Source: Cyanobacteriota bacterium
GTDB lineage: Bacteria; Cyanobacteriota; Cyanobacteriia; PCC-6307; Cyanobiaceae
Length of the DNA stretch: 64,000 nt
Direction of reading: 5' to 3'
NCBI GenBank assembly: GCA_046052125.1
Contig: JBJOMY010000003.1
Span: 32,001-96,000 of the forward strand
The notes beneath the pieces are model-generated. The model was not told the origin of the DNA, searched no databases, and saw only the letters and a program-made list of their open reading frames with translations. Below are positions 9,820 to 19,375 of the stretch, piece by piece. Both the position numbers and the translations under genes were made by a program. Position 1 is the stretch's first letter, and each line of letters starts with the position of its first letter.

Positions 9820-10527
9820 CTAAAGCAACTCAAAGAGCAATAGATCGGCACCCTCAGTCCCAGCCCTGAAAAGCTCAAGGGTGCCTGCACCGAAACCCAA
9901 ACCATCCCCTGGCCGCAGAGGATGGCCGTCGGCCTCACCACTGCCACCAATCATCTGGATCCAGCCTCGGCTGCCGCTAGCCAACGCCAGGCTGAGTGAT
10001 TGAGCGGCCGGAGGCTGAGCCCTCCAGAGCCGAGCCTGACTCTGAATGGCCATCGCACCATCTGCCTGATCCGGATCCAGCAAGAGCGTCCAACTGGCTC
10101 CAATGGAAAAGCGTTTCTGCTCATAGACCGGCTTGGAGCCCTTGCAGCTGGGTTCAATCCAGATCTGCAGGAGCCGACAAGGCTGATCGCTTTCATTGAT
10201 CTCGCTGTGCACCACACCGGTGCCTGCACTCACGCGTTGCACCTCACCAGCGGATAGCACCTCGGAGTGCCCCATCGAATCACGGTGCATGAGTTGGCCC
10301 TCGACCATCACCGTGACAATTTCCATGTCCTGATGAGGATGCATCCCGAAACCAGAGCCCGCTGCGATGGTGTCGTCATTGATCACCCGCAATGCCCCGA
10401 AGCCCATCCAGGCCGGATCGACATGGCCAGCGAAGGAAAAGCTGTGCCAGCTGTTGAGCCAGTCGAGCCTGCTGTGAAAGCGCTCGGCGGATGGACGGAA
10501 TACCAGGTCAGTGGCTGTGGCAGTCAT
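9820..10527 (-). CDS. pirin family protein (YhhW-like)
   Basis: WLNSWHSFSFA, LRVINDD, GFGMHPHQDMEIVT, HRDSMG, SAGTGVVHSE, LLQIWI. Confidence 0.92.
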   Translation of the reverse strand: MTATATDLVFRPSAERFHSRLDWLNSWHSFSFAGHVDPAWMGFGALRVINDDTIAAGSGFGMHPHQDMEIVTVMVEGQLMHRDSMGHSEVLSAGEVQRVSAGTGVVHSEINESDQPCRLLQIWIEPSCKGSKPVYEQKRFSIGASWTLLLDPDQADGAMAIQSQARLWRAQPPAAQSLSLALASGSRGWIQMIGGSGEADGHPLRPGDGLGFGAGTLELFRAGTEGADLLLFELL

Positions 10528-10585
10528 GGTTGAAGACCTTGAATGCAACGTGGCAGGTGATCAGTGCAGAGGGTTTGTTCAAGGA

Positions 10586-10855
10586 TCAAGCCCAAAATTT
10601 CCACCAGGAGCGCTTGGGAGTTGGAGCGGCATCGATCATGGTGTGGCTGCCATCGCAGAAAGGACCGTTGCCCGACGCACCGCAATTGCACAGATAGACG
10701 GTCTTAGCGGCCTCCAGCTTGAGGATGTGCGGTGTGGCGTCCGTTCCCTGGTGACTGCCGTCGCAGTAGGGACCGTTCTTGCTCAGGCCGCAGGTGCAGA
10801 GGGCATGGTTGCCAGCGGGCAGATTGTGGACGGCAGGATGGGATGGTGTGCTCAT
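10586..10855 (-). CDS. tandem CDGSH iron-sulfur domain protein
   Basis: LCTCGLSKNGPYCDGSH and LCNCGASGNGPFCDGSH. Confidence 0.92.
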   Translation of the reverse strand: MSTPSHPAVHNLPAGNHALCTCGLSKNGPYCDGSHQGTDATPHILKLEAAKTVYLCNCGASGNGPFCDGSHTMIDAAPTPKRSWWKFWA

Positions 10856-10928
10856 CGGTACGCAGGCTTGGTGGACGCGATTGGCGCCCTGCAATCGTGC
10901 GCTGGGGGCCTGCAGCTCCACAAGAGCG

Positions 10929-10962
10929 CACTTCAAAGTGGGTTGGTGACTAGGAGGTAACC
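10929..10962. promoter_or_regulatory. candidate HxlR operator inverted repeats
   Basis: CACTT-CA-AAGTG and GGTGAC-N6-GTAACC between the divergent CDGSH and hxlR starts. Confidence 0.4.
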
Positions 10963-10963
10963 C

Positions 10964-11317
10964 ATGAACCAGGGCAACGGTTTCCAGGACACGCTTGAGC
11001 ACGGCAACTGCAAGGCGGAACTGGCTCTGCGGGTGATCCAGGGGCGCTGGAAACTCCTGATCCTGCGGGAGCTCATCGAAGGAGTGCGGCGCTTCTCCGA
11101 TCTGCAGCGTGCCCTGGCAGACGTTCAGCAGGGTGTCAGTCAGAAGGTGCTCACCGCTCAGCTGCGGGAGCTGGAGGCTGATGGTGTGGTGGTACGCACG
11201 GTGTATCCCGAAGTGCCCCTACGGGTGGAGTACAGCCTCAGCGAGCTAGGACGTGAACTGGTGCCTGTTCTGGAGAGCCTCCACGCCTGGGGAGACAAGA
11301 TCCAGCCTGCGAGTTAG
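10964..11317 (+). CDS. HxlR-family winged-helix regulator
   Basis: C..ELALRVIQGRWKLLIL, RRFSDL, SQKVLTAQLRELEADG, YPEVPLRVEYSLS. Confidence 0.92.
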   Translation: MNQGNGFQDTLEHGNCKAELALRVIQGRWKLLILRELIEGVRRFSDLQRALADVQQGVSQKVLTAQLRELEADGVVVRTVYPEVPLRVEYSLSELGRELVPVLESLHAWGDKIQPAS

Positions 11318-12227
11318 ACCAAGCTGTTGAAACTTCAGAAAGACGCAATTGGCTGCCATCAACCTTCAGTGTCACAGAAAATCTGATTTTGCATAGGTTC
11401 CAGAGAATGATCTTGGTTGGAACACATCCAATGCGGTCACCATGACTCCTCCTTAGCACATGTAATCAAAGGCACCATCGTGCGTATTCAAACGCTCAGC
11501 AGAAAGAGGGGATTGCAACCGCACATGGTCGCATTGCATCAAGCGCCGATCGCGCGATTAGCCCAGACTGACTGCGGTTCATTGCCACCGAATTCATGAT
11601 CCGCCTCCATGGTGATCGCAACAGCTTGATTGCCGCACTTTTACTTCATTGGAGTGAGCATCAGATTGGCCTACCGCTGTCGCGAGAGGATGTGATGCCA
11701 AAACGAAAAGACCATCGGCTCAGTACCAGTCAGCGCCATTGACCGGGCTGCTCAAGTACATCTCTACAAAGACAGGTATCAGCCATTGGCGCCCAACCAA
11801 AAACCCCCGAGCAGCGCCCGAGGGTCATCGATCAATCACGAACATTCCAATGGCTTGTGGTCGTTGAAGCTGCTGGCGGTGGCACCTGGGGCCGAACGTT
11901 CCAGGTGTGGGGTGGTTGGTTCTCCTGGGGCACCTGAGGTGGTGCAAACGGAGTGTCGATCAGTCAGGCGCACGAGGTGAGAACCAGCCCAAAGGCTGTT
12001 CTCCTGCCCGGCTGAACGACCCGCCCACGGTTGGGTGAAGACTGTTGGAGCAGGGGCCTGCAGTCAGCGTTGCTTCTGTTGCTGCTGGGGTGGGGTATCG
12101 GCCATCGGTGGCTCCTCCCCGGGTTGATGGGTACAGCATCGCCACTCCCCAAGGGTCAGGGCAATCGGGATTTACACGCATTGCCTTGCCCGATGAACAG
12201 GAGCAACGTGGTTGATTTGGCCCTTTT

Positions 12228-12533
12228 TCAGCGCCAAAGCACCATCTGCGGCGGCTGCGGTGGTCGCCATTGCGGGGAGCAGGGTGTCCAGCCCTCAGTG
12301 CGGCGTTGGCGCCACAGCTCAACGGCCTTCTCACGGCTCAGCTGTTGGCGCCGTTTGAGCAACGGCGCGGCTTGATCCCTCAGCCACTCACCGCTGGTCA
12401 CCTCCAGCTCCTGCTGCCAGCGATGCCAGATCACCGGCTTGAAATGCAGCACCCGGCGGCCATCAGTGAGCCAGGCCTCAGCTGGGCAGGACGGGATGCG
12501 CTGCCCTTGTCCCTGCCCGTTGGGCACCCACAT
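12228..12533 (-). CDS. DUF1651-like picocyanobacterial protein
   Basis: AWLTDGRRVLHFKP..PLLKRRQQLSREKAVELW..GW..CSPQW. Confidence 0.7.
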   Translation of the reverse strand: MWVPNGQGQGQRIPSCPAEAWLTDGRRVLHFKPVIWHRWQQELEVTSGEWLRDQAAPLLKRRQQLSREKAVELWRQRRTEGWTPCSPQWRPPQPPQMVLWR

Positions 12534-12546
12534 GCTTCTGCCCGCC

Positions 12547-12858
12547 TCAGCCCACCTCCGGCGCCCAGCCCCGCTGACGAGCCATGTCATCAGTCCAGCC
12601 CTGGCAGCGGCGGATCAGATGCTCACCCTGGGCGATCAGGCCCTGGTGCAGCTGACAGGTGAGCAGAGGAATGCAATGCGGCCCGGCGTGATGGCGAAAC
12701 CAGTGGCAGGTCATGCAGACCTTGCGGCTGCGGCTGGGGCGCAGCACGTCCTGCTCGAGATAAGGCCAGGCCTCGCAGTCACCTGCAGCCTCAACCGCGG
12801 CAGCCACAGAGCGATCCGAGCTTGAACGGGAGAGCACCATCACCAAAACCCCATGCAT
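12547..12858 (-). CDS. small Cys/His-rich hypothetical protein
   Basis: CMTCHWF..C..LTCQLHQGLIAQGEHL..RCQGW; start 12858 or 12840. Confidence 0.7.
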   Translation of the reverse strand: MHGVLVMVLSRSSSDRSVAAAVEAAGDCEAWPYLEQDVLRPSRSRKVCMTCHWFRHHAGPHCIPLLTCQLHQGLIAQGEHLIRRCQGWTDDMARQRGWAPEVG

Positions 12859-12859
12859 G

Positions 12860-12874
12860 CGTACACCTGTACTA
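12860..12874 (-). promoter_or_regulatory. cyanobacterial-type LexA (SOS) box
   Basis: TAGTACAGGTGTACG matches AGTAC-N3-TGTAC, immediately upstream of the Cys-rich gene. Confidence 0.7.
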
Positions 12875-12922
12875 GCAGGGATTGGGTTGGTTGGCGCGGG
12901 TATGCGGGGCCGTGATTTCCAA

Positions 12923-12957
12923 AAAGAGCCCCGGGCCATGGGCGCCCGGGGCTCTTT
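12923..12957. terminator. hairpin, possibly a bidirectional terminator
   Basis: AAAGAGCCCCGGGC...GCCCGGGGCTCTTT. Confidence 0.5.
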
Positions 12958-13099
12958 GCATCAGCGGGACCTTGGCTGCCCGCTTCTCCACGTTCATGGC
13001 TCACACCCGCTGCCTTGTGCAAGAGCTGTTGGAACCCTTTGGGGCCTCACGCCAACTCCTTTGCTTCTCTTCTTTCAACGCATCACCACCTTCATCCGT

Positions 13100-13387
13100 T
13101 CACTGTTCAAGCGAGAGACCAATTGCTCCTCTGCACTGCGCGGCCTGCCTGACCAACAGGACCACGCCCTGGCTGCCTTTGAGCAGGGTGACTGGCTCGC
13201 TGAGCTGGAGCTCCTGCAGCTCGCCAACGCCCTGCAGCGCAGTGCCATCACCCGTGGCGGCTACGACGGCCGCGCGTTTGATCTGATGGTCGCCATCGCC
13301 GATGTGCTCGAGGCCGATCACGGCTGGAGTTTTGAGCAAGCCGATGGCTGGCTCGAGCGAATGGGGCTCTACGAACAGGAATTCTAA
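13100..13387 (+). CDS. hypothetical helical protein, 5' end uncertain (may be degenerate)
   Basis: C-terminal part of ORF 12857-13387 is protein-like (LELLQLANAL..DVLEADHGWSFEQADGWLERMG); its tail is duplicated at 15263-15360. Confidence 0.45.
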   Translation, partial: SLFKRETNCSSALRGLPDQQDHALAAFEQGDWLAELELLQLANALQRSAITRGGYDGRAFDLMVAIADVLEADHGWSFEQADGWLERMGLYEQEF

Positions 13388-14082
13388 AAAAGCAATGCAG
13401 AATGCTCCTTCCAGCTTCAAATCAACTGCGATTCAGTGTCAGTGGCATCAATGTGCACTCGAGAAGTGGGAGTAACGAGGCGATATGGGCTTATTCTGCT
13501 GCATGCCTGCATTCCTAACTGGCGATAACGTCGAACTAGTGAGAATGGGAGGAGAAAGCAACAGCATGATCACGCTGATCCAGAGAGCATTCCATGTGTT
13601 GCCATCGACTATGCTAATTCCCTATGTGATGTATGAGCATACGAGGAACATGTCTGCGCCTCATTTACCGTTAGGCCCAAGCGGAGAAAGGGGCGGCATC
13701 GCTCTCGAACGCACCACAGAAGACACGCGGATGAAGATCGCAATCAGGTTGCATGAATAGTCGACACACTGAAGTTCGGGCCCCGCAAGCCAGTCGGTGA
13801 CCTTGGGCTGCCAATCATGCATGTATGACTCGCCGCCTGTAGGACCTCAGGGGCTCTGAACGGTTTGGCAGCCCTGTAGACAGCGGCGAAAGCCGCTATC
13901 CGCACCTGCCGCATGTGTGAGCAAAGAGGACGGCCAGAACTGAATCTAGAATCAAAAGATACGATAAACCTAGTCAAGAATCGGGCTGGACCGCGCCAAT
14001 TGCTTGGGACGATCTAGCCCGATTTTATTCGAGTCAGCCTGTACAGGTAGAACTCATAACTACACTTAGGCGTCTGACTGCC

Positions 14083-14295
14083 TTACGCATTCTCGGCACG
14101 ACCTCCAGGCAAAGAGTCTTTGAGTGCATTCTCAATGAGGTATGCCGCGAGGTTGCTTAGAGAACGTCCTTCTCCGGTGCTTCGCTTCTCCAGCGAGCTA
14201 AAGACAGTAAATGGGATCGTGATCGTCAGACGCTTTGGTGCGCGCCTCTGGAAGTGGTGAGCTTGTCGAATGCTGTTGCTGTCGCCGTAGACCAC
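14083..14295 (-). CDS. ribbon-helix-helix protein
   Basis: RLTITIP..LEKRS..EGRSLSNLAAYLIE. Confidence 0.75.
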   Translation of the reverse strand: MVYGDSNSIRQAHHFQRRAPKRLTITIPFTVFSSLEKRSTGEGRSLSNLAAYLIENALKDSLPGGRAENA

Positions 14296-14526
14296 GGGTG
14301 ACTCCTGTGGCGGACCTCTTCATTATCTCTTCCACTGCGACCGTAAGACAAGAAATGCGACCAGAAGGCGAAGGAGTCACGCGAATAATGTTGTTTTATT
14401 TTCGCTTCGAAAAATCAAATTCACCGCGCATCAAGATGGGACTTTGTGCGCAATAATCTGCTAGTAAGCGACTGATGAACCACTCAGTTCTGCAGGTCAG
14501 ATAGCATCGCGAATGGCTTGACAGTG

Positions 14527-14703
14527 TTACCGATCAGCCTGAAGTTCTCGGTCGAGCATTTCAAGGATAATTTCGTCTATCGACCGACCAGTTAGCGCAG
14601 CTTTTTGTTGAAGAACAGCAAGCAGTTCTCCAGGGAGGTTGATCTGAAGCTTTTGCGGCATCCGCTCGGGATCCAAGCGCCAATCGCTATCAGGCTGCTC
14701 CAT
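14527..14703 (-). CDS. ribbon-helix-helix protein
   Basis: KLQINLPGELLAVLQQKAALTGRSIDEIILEML. Confidence 0.7.
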   Translation of the reverse strand: MEQPDSDWRLDPERMPQKLQINLPGELLAVLQQKAALTGRSIDEIILEMLDRELQADR

Positions 14704-14890
14704 TGTGATCCTTTTCGGATGTGGATGTTTCTGTGGCATCACAAATGACCAATCCGTAGGCACCGATTGAATTTAGGTAATCCTTGATTGCGTCATCAAT
14801 GACTTCATTCAGGCGCTTGTGATCGCGTATCGAGACCAGGCGCAGGGCCATGTGATCCTTCTCGTCCAGTGCAATGGTCAGGCGTGGCAT
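14690..14890 (-). CDS. ribbon-helix-helix (CopG-like) protein
   Basis: MPRLTIALDEKDHMALRLVS..RLNEVIDDAIKDYL. Confidence 0.7.
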   Translation of the reverse strand: MPRLTIALDEKDHMALRLVSIRDHKRLNEVIDDAIKDYLNSIGAYGLVICDATETSTSEKDHNGAA

Positions 14891-15262
14891 CGCACCGAGA
14901 TCTCAGACGGCAAGAGTTAATAAATGCTAGCCAGATCTTTGTGCATAGTTTCACTAATGCGGATCTGCACTCCAGTGCAGAGGCACTGCGCCGTCGTGGT
15001 GTTTGTTTTCTGGGACGAGGTGCCGCAGTGGCCCCCAAGAACACTCTGGTGAACGGAGGCCCCGGTCACGTGTGGTGAATCGACAGCAGATCTGTGGGGG
15101 CTATGAAGTCCATAGCGCACTCTCTGGCGGTTGCAGTTTTCACCCCCGTGTTGAGGTCTTCAGCCTCGATCGTGCTTCGGCCCTCCAGATGCCCACCGTT
15201 GTCGATGGTCAGCGGTCCGACGAGCCAAGGTGGTTAATCAGATTCCACCAATTGGCCGCTGT

Positions 15263-15360
15263 TCGCCATCGCCTACGTGCTCGAGGCTGATCACGGCTGG
15301 AGCGTTGAGCAATCCGATGCCTGGCTCGAGCGCATGGGGCTCTGGGAGGAGGAGTTCTGA
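15263..15360 (+). pseudogene. 98-bp diverged copy of gene tail 13290-13387
   Basis: AIAYVLEADHGWSVEQSDAWLERMGLWEEEF* versus AIADVLEADHGWSFEQADGWLERMGLYEQEF*. Confidence 0.7.
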
Positions 15361-15380
15361 GCAAGCGTTCTCCGCTGGGT

Positions 15381-15677
15381 TCAGCGAAGGCTTCTGCGCA
15401 CCGGCTGGCTCCGGTGCGTTTTTTGTGGCGTTTGTGCGCTCATATGGCTGGGCTCCAGTAGGTGCGCGGAGCGTGCCGTGGCCTCGCTCATCACCGCCTG
15501 GCACTGCTCCAGGTGGTACTGGACGGGTGAGTTGGGACTGGGGAACTTGCGGCGCCAGTGCTGACCAGGTTGAAACAGGCCGGACGCGCGCCAGCGGGCC
15601 AAGGTGCGCTCGCTGACCCCCAGCTGGTCGCGGGCCTCTCTGGCGGTGGCCCAGGCGCAATGACGGGTCGATTCCAT
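15381..15677 (-). CDS. excisionase-like (MerR/Xis HTH) protein
   Basis: WATAREARDQLGVSERTLARWRASGLFQPGQHW; adjacent to att. Confidence 0.75.
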   Translation of the reverse strand: MESTRHCAWATAREARDQLGVSERTLARWRASGLFQPGQHWRRKFPSPNSPVQYHLEQCQAVMSEATARSAHLLEPSHMSAQTPQKTHRSQPVRRSLR

Positions 15678-15872
15678 AGGCGGGATGCAGGTGTGCCCCC
15701 GAGGGGCTGGTCATGCATCCGATCGCGTGGATCCGATGCGTTGGAGGCTACCCGCGCTGCCCTGTCCAACCCTGTCCAGCCCCTTCCCGGCAGGTCCTGA
15801 TTTGGGGTCTATCGGGCCCCTTCGGGCGAGTTTTTGCGCACATCTTGCGCACAATTGCCCAAAACAGGGCAT

Positions 15873-15905
15873 GAAAAAGGGCTCTCAGAATCCCTGAGAA
15901 CCCTT
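15873..15905 (-). terminator. intrinsic terminator downstream of the tRNA fragment
   Basis: Minus strand AAGGGTTCTCAG-GGATT-CTGAGAGCCCTT-TTT. Confidence 0.7.
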
Positions 15906-15918
15906 GCGCTGGAATGGA

Positions 15919-15960
15919 TCGGGGCGACAGGATTCGAACCTGCGACCTAGTGCTCCCAAA
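15919..15960 (-). mobile_element. att core: 3' half of tRNA-Pro(UGG), not a complete tRNA
   Basis: Minus strand TTTGGGAGCACTAGGTCGCAGGTTCGAATCCTGTCGCCCCGA (anticodon loop, T arm, 3' acceptor strand); no D arm or 5' acceptor upstream; integrase 140 bp away. Confidence 0.85.
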
Positions 15961-16099
15961 TCCGAAAATTGGCGTTTTGGGAAGACGGCGGCTGTTGCTA
16001 GCCTTCTGGCTGTAAACCCTTGCTGTCACTGGCTTTTGGGCTGCCAGCGCGTGCCTGGTTCTGCCCAGATTTGACCGGTTTTGGCAGGGGTCATCTCAC

Positions 16100-17344
16100 A
16101 TGCCATCTCACATGGGGCGACCACCAACCTGGGACCAAGTGCTTCGGGCAGGGGTGATTCACAGCCTGTCCCAGCGGGGCACCCATAGCGGCTGGTCGGT
16201 GGCCAATCACCGTGGTCGTGCTCGCTTGAACCTCACTCAGGCTGCAGCAGGCGGTCGCCGCAGGCAGATCCTCCTGCCACTGGTATGGAACGCCGACCAG
16301 ATGGACGCCATTCGCGATGTGGTGCTGGCGATCCATGAAGCGCACCAAGCTGGTGCGCCCATCGACCAGGCGGTTGCCCAGGCCTGCGCACCTGCCGCTG
16401 AGGAGAGTGTGCCTGAGCTCAGCGATGTCCAGCGCCATGTGGATTGGGCTGTGTTGATCGAGCGCTTTCGGCAGCACAAGCTCTCCAGTGGAGCGATCAA
16501 ACCCAGCACCTGGGGCAACACCTATGCCGGCCGCATGGCTGCGATCCACAAAGCTGCTACGGCTGTACCCCCACCGCTCAATGCCCGTCAGCTCTTGGAC
16601 CGCTTGGTTGCGCCTGTCAAAGAACACCCTGGGACTCGGGGACGGCAGCTGTTGGTTCAACAGACAGCCGCTCTGCTGCGTTGGAGCATCGACAATGATT
16701 TGCTGCCGATGCACTGGGCTCCGCCGCTCAACCTTGCTGGTTATGTCGGCCGACGGCGCGATGCGCGACCTGTCACTACTCCCCTTGCTGTTCCCCATCT
16801 TCTTGAGGTGGTGGCCTCAATCCCCGATCCACGTTGGAGGCTTGCCTTCCAATTGATGGCCGCCTACGGATTGAGGCCTGAGGAGCTTCAACATCTGGAA
16901 CACCGCGGAGGGCGGCTGTGGTGCACCTTCGAGAAGACAACACCGAAGGGCAAAACCCGACCCCGCCCGCTGCGGCTGTTGCCGTCTGATCAGTGGGCTG
17001 TGCCTTGGCAACTGGAGTCGGTCTACGACAGGCAAGCGATGCCGCCGATGCGCCCAGGACACGGAGCTGAGGATCTACGCACGTACATGCGGCGACGCGC
17101 TGCCTGGGAAGAACTCCGGCAGCGCTACGAAGCTGAAGGGGAAAAGCTGGTCCTCTACTCCTGCCGCCATGGCTACGCCCATCGCGCCCACGTGATCTGT
17201 GAGCTCCCCCCGAAGGTGGTCGCTGCCGCAATGGGGCATTCGGTGGAGACGCACCTGGCGGCCTATAGCCGTTGGTGTGGGGATGACGTGGTGGATGACG
17301 CTTTCAGCAAAGCGGCCCAACGGCTCAGTGGCATGACGTCCTGA
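16100..17344 (+). CDS. int: tyrosine recombinase / integrase
   Basis: AYGLRPEEL, K, LYSCRHGYA, AMGHSVETHLAAY. Confidence 0.92.
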   Translation: MPSHMGRPPTWDQVLRAGVIHSLSQRGTHSGWSVANHRGRARLNLTQAAAGGRRRQILLPLVWNADQMDAIRDVVLAIHEAHQAGAPIDQAVAQACAPAAEESVPELSDVQRHVDWAVLIERFRQHKLSSGAIKPSTWGNTYAGRMAAIHKAATAVPPPLNARQLLDRLVAPVKEHPGTRGRQLLVQQTAALLRWSIDNDLLPMHWAPPLNLAGYVGRRRDARPVTTPLAVPHLLEVVASIPDPRWRLAFQLMAAYGLRPEELQHLEHRGGRLWCTFEKTTPKGKTRPRPLRLLPSDQWAVPWQLESVYDRQAMPPMRPGHGAEDLRTYMRRRAAWEELRQRYEAEGEKLVLYSCRHGYAHRAHVICELPPKVVAAAMGHSVETHLAAYSRWCGDDVVDDAFSKAAQRLSGMTS

Positions 17345-17362
17345 GCCTGCTGCTGTGCAGGC

Positions 17363-18271
17363 CTACTGCTCGCCGGTTGGCTTGATGTACCCGGTGTCGA
17401 TCAGAAAGGCCCGCAAGGCTTCCGGGAAAGAGCTGTAGACGATTTCCCGCCCCAGGCACTTGCCGTTGTCATCGAGTTCGCCCTTGCATTCCTTCAACCC
17501 CCAGTCTGAGGAGGCGTCGTAACGCTGGGTCATGCGATCCCAGCCGTCATACAGCTCGCCCACCAGCGCCTTGTTGGCGACGTAACCGGCCAGAAAGCCA
17601 TTGGGTGATTCAGGGTTCTTCTGTTGGAACCAGTCGGCCATGCGCTGCAGGTTGCGGCGATGAAGTGGTTTGAACTCAGGCCGATGGGACACATCCACAA
17701 AGGCATCGCCCTGCAGCTGCCAGATGCGGGCAGGTGCGGTGCTGCAGGCGTAGCAGGCAAAGCGATAGAGGAACCGGTTATCGACATCGACGATCAGGAA
17801 GCGGCCATTCCGCAACGGGTCCTCTGCTGGTGAATCACCCCCGTCGAACGGCCCGAGTGTCACCTCTCGCCAGGTCTGCCCGCTGCGATCGCTTGTGAGC
17901 ACCTGGATCTGATTGCAGCAGTGCGCACCTCCGGTGAAGGACGAGAGCAGAACTTCGGGGTAGGGGTTCTCCGGATCCATTTCTGCGATCTGGACCACCG
18001 CAGCCGGACTGCCGCCCCATTTCTCGGCGCCAACGAGGCGACCTACTTCGTTGCCATTCACACGAACTACAGCCACCGGCTGGAGCACGTTCGATCCGGA
18101 CTCGTTGATCCGCCGCTGCTGCTGAGCGTTCACCTCCACAGCGCCGCTGCGCAACGAACCGCTCATGCGGTTGTTTTGGTAGTCCATCTTCAGGACCTGG
18201 GCGACAGCCGGACTGCCGCAGAGGGCCCCCACTCCGAGCAGGACGGCAATGAAACGAGCTCGCAAAGACAC
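17363..18271 (-). CDS. putative secreted protein
   Basis: Signal-peptide-like RARFIAVLLGVGALCGSPAVA; FTGGAHCC and FACYACS motifs; GTG start inferred. Confidence 0.7.
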   Translation of the reverse strand: MSLRARFIAVLLGVGALCGSPAVAQVLKMDYQNNRMSGSLRSGAVEVNAQQQRRINESGSNVLQPVAVVRVNGNEVGRLVGAEKWGGSPAAVVQIAEMDPENPYPEVLLSSFTGGAHCCNQIQVLTSDRSGQTWREVTLGPFDGGDSPAEDPLRNGRFLIVDVDNRFLYRFACYACSTAPARIWQLQGDAFVDVSHRPEFKPLHRRNLQRMADWFQQKNPESPNGFLAGYVANKALVGELYDGWDRMTQRYDASSDWGLKECKGELDDNGKCLGREIVYSSFPEALRAFLIDTGYIKPTGEQ

Positions 18272-18332
18272 CAGGCAAGAGACAGGCCGCTCTCCCGAAC
18301 CGTAGGAAGAGCGGCCGCGCCTGCAACCCCGC

Positions 18333-18569
18333 TCACTGCTTGAGATGGCGGCGGCTCCAGCCTGTGATCGAGGCCTCGATGTTCTCCCCATGCCACTGCA
18401 GGGGCCCTTTGCCTTCGGTGCAGCCCCAGCGGCGGAAGTGCTTGCCGGGTTGCAGCACCCCGCGTAGCCGCAGCTGACGCAGGGTTTCGCGGCTGATGCC
18501 GAGCAGCTCACAGGCCTCAGCTGTGCTGATCCAGACCCGCTGGCGGGTGGTCGTGACCTGGGTTTCCAT
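18333..18569 (-). CDS. excisionase-like HTH protein
   Basis: WISTAEACELLGISRETLRQLRLRGVLQPGKHF. Confidence 0.75.
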   Translation of the reverse strand: METQVTTTRQRVWISTAEACELLGISRETLRQLRLRGVLQPGKHFRRWGCTEGKGPLQWHGENIEASITGWSRRHLKQ

Positions 18570-19375
18570 CAGCTCCCCGCCAGCTGCGCGCAGCAGCGCT
18601 GGAGGGTGTCGACCAACCAGCTGCGGCGGTAGCTCTTGACCTGGCGAGGTGCCCCGTCAACAAACTGTTGGCGACAAGGGGGTTCTTTACCGAACTCCTC
18701 GCGGTAAGCCCTGGCCACGAGCTTGCCCGCGGCGCAGAACTGGCTGCGCGGCAGCGCTTGTTGGAACACCTCCAGCCAGGCATCTCCCAAGGTGAGCTCC
18801 TCGTCAGTGGGCGCACCGGGCAGCAACCCAGCACTGGCGGTGAGCACGTTGCTGCGGACGATGTCCTTGAACAGAAGCTGGTCGCGTTGATCCAGGCCGC
18901 CCAGCCGCTCGAACAGATTGATGCTCCGCTCCACCAGGGCAATCACGTCGGCTTCCCGGATCCGAGCTGGAGGGGTCTCGACGGGAGTCGGTTGGGCCTG
19001 CTGGACGCTCTCCAGGAACCAGCCATCCATCCACACCGCGAACGGCGCACTGATCCAGCGGGCCAGGTCGACAGCGACCTGGGGATGAACCCAGGTGCCG
19101 CCACCACCGGCGCCGCCTGAGCGGGACTCAACAAGGGCGTGGACGGAAATTCCGGCCACGCTCTCCAGCGCATCCAGATAGTGCTGGCACCGGTCGGACT
19201 CGCGGTAGTCCTTCCAGCGTTTGCCATTGGCCTTGCACATGGCCGTGGCATTCACGTAGCCATCGCTGGTGCGCCGAGAGATCGGGGTGCCGTTCCAGGA
19301 ACGGGAGACCAGAGCCTGCTGACTCAGCAGAGCGACAGTTGCGGAGGGATGGGACGACGTTGTTGTGGTGTTCAT
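18569..19375 (-). CDS. KilA-N domain DNA-binding protein
   Basis: WNGTPISRRTSDGYVNATAMCKANGKRW, GTWVHPQVAVDLARWISAPF. Confidence 0.9.
   Translation of the reverse strand: MNTTTTSSHPSATVALLSQQALVSRSWNGTPISRRTSDGYVNATAMCKANGKRWKDYRESDRCQHYLDALESVAGISVHALVESRSGGAGGGGTWVHPQVAVDLARWISAPFAVWMDGWFLESVQQAQPTPVETPPARIREADVIALVERSINLFERLGGLDQRDQLLFKDIVRSNVLTASAGLLPGAPTDEELTLGDAWLEVFQQALPRSQFCAAGKLVARAYREEFGKEPPCRQQFVDGAPRQVKSYRRSWLVDTLQRCCAQLAGS

Noticed and set aside
11833..11965. Minus-strand peptide with repeated PQVP..WNVR
   Set aside because: No ATG/GTG start before an in-frame stop; possibly a remnant
11755..14054. Extra LexA-like boxes at 11755 and ~14040
   Set aside because: One has a core mismatch, the other wrong spacing; no clear downstream gene
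15919..15995. Complete tRNA-Pro gene
   Set aside because: Similarity stops at the anticodon loop; no D arm or 5' acceptor strand
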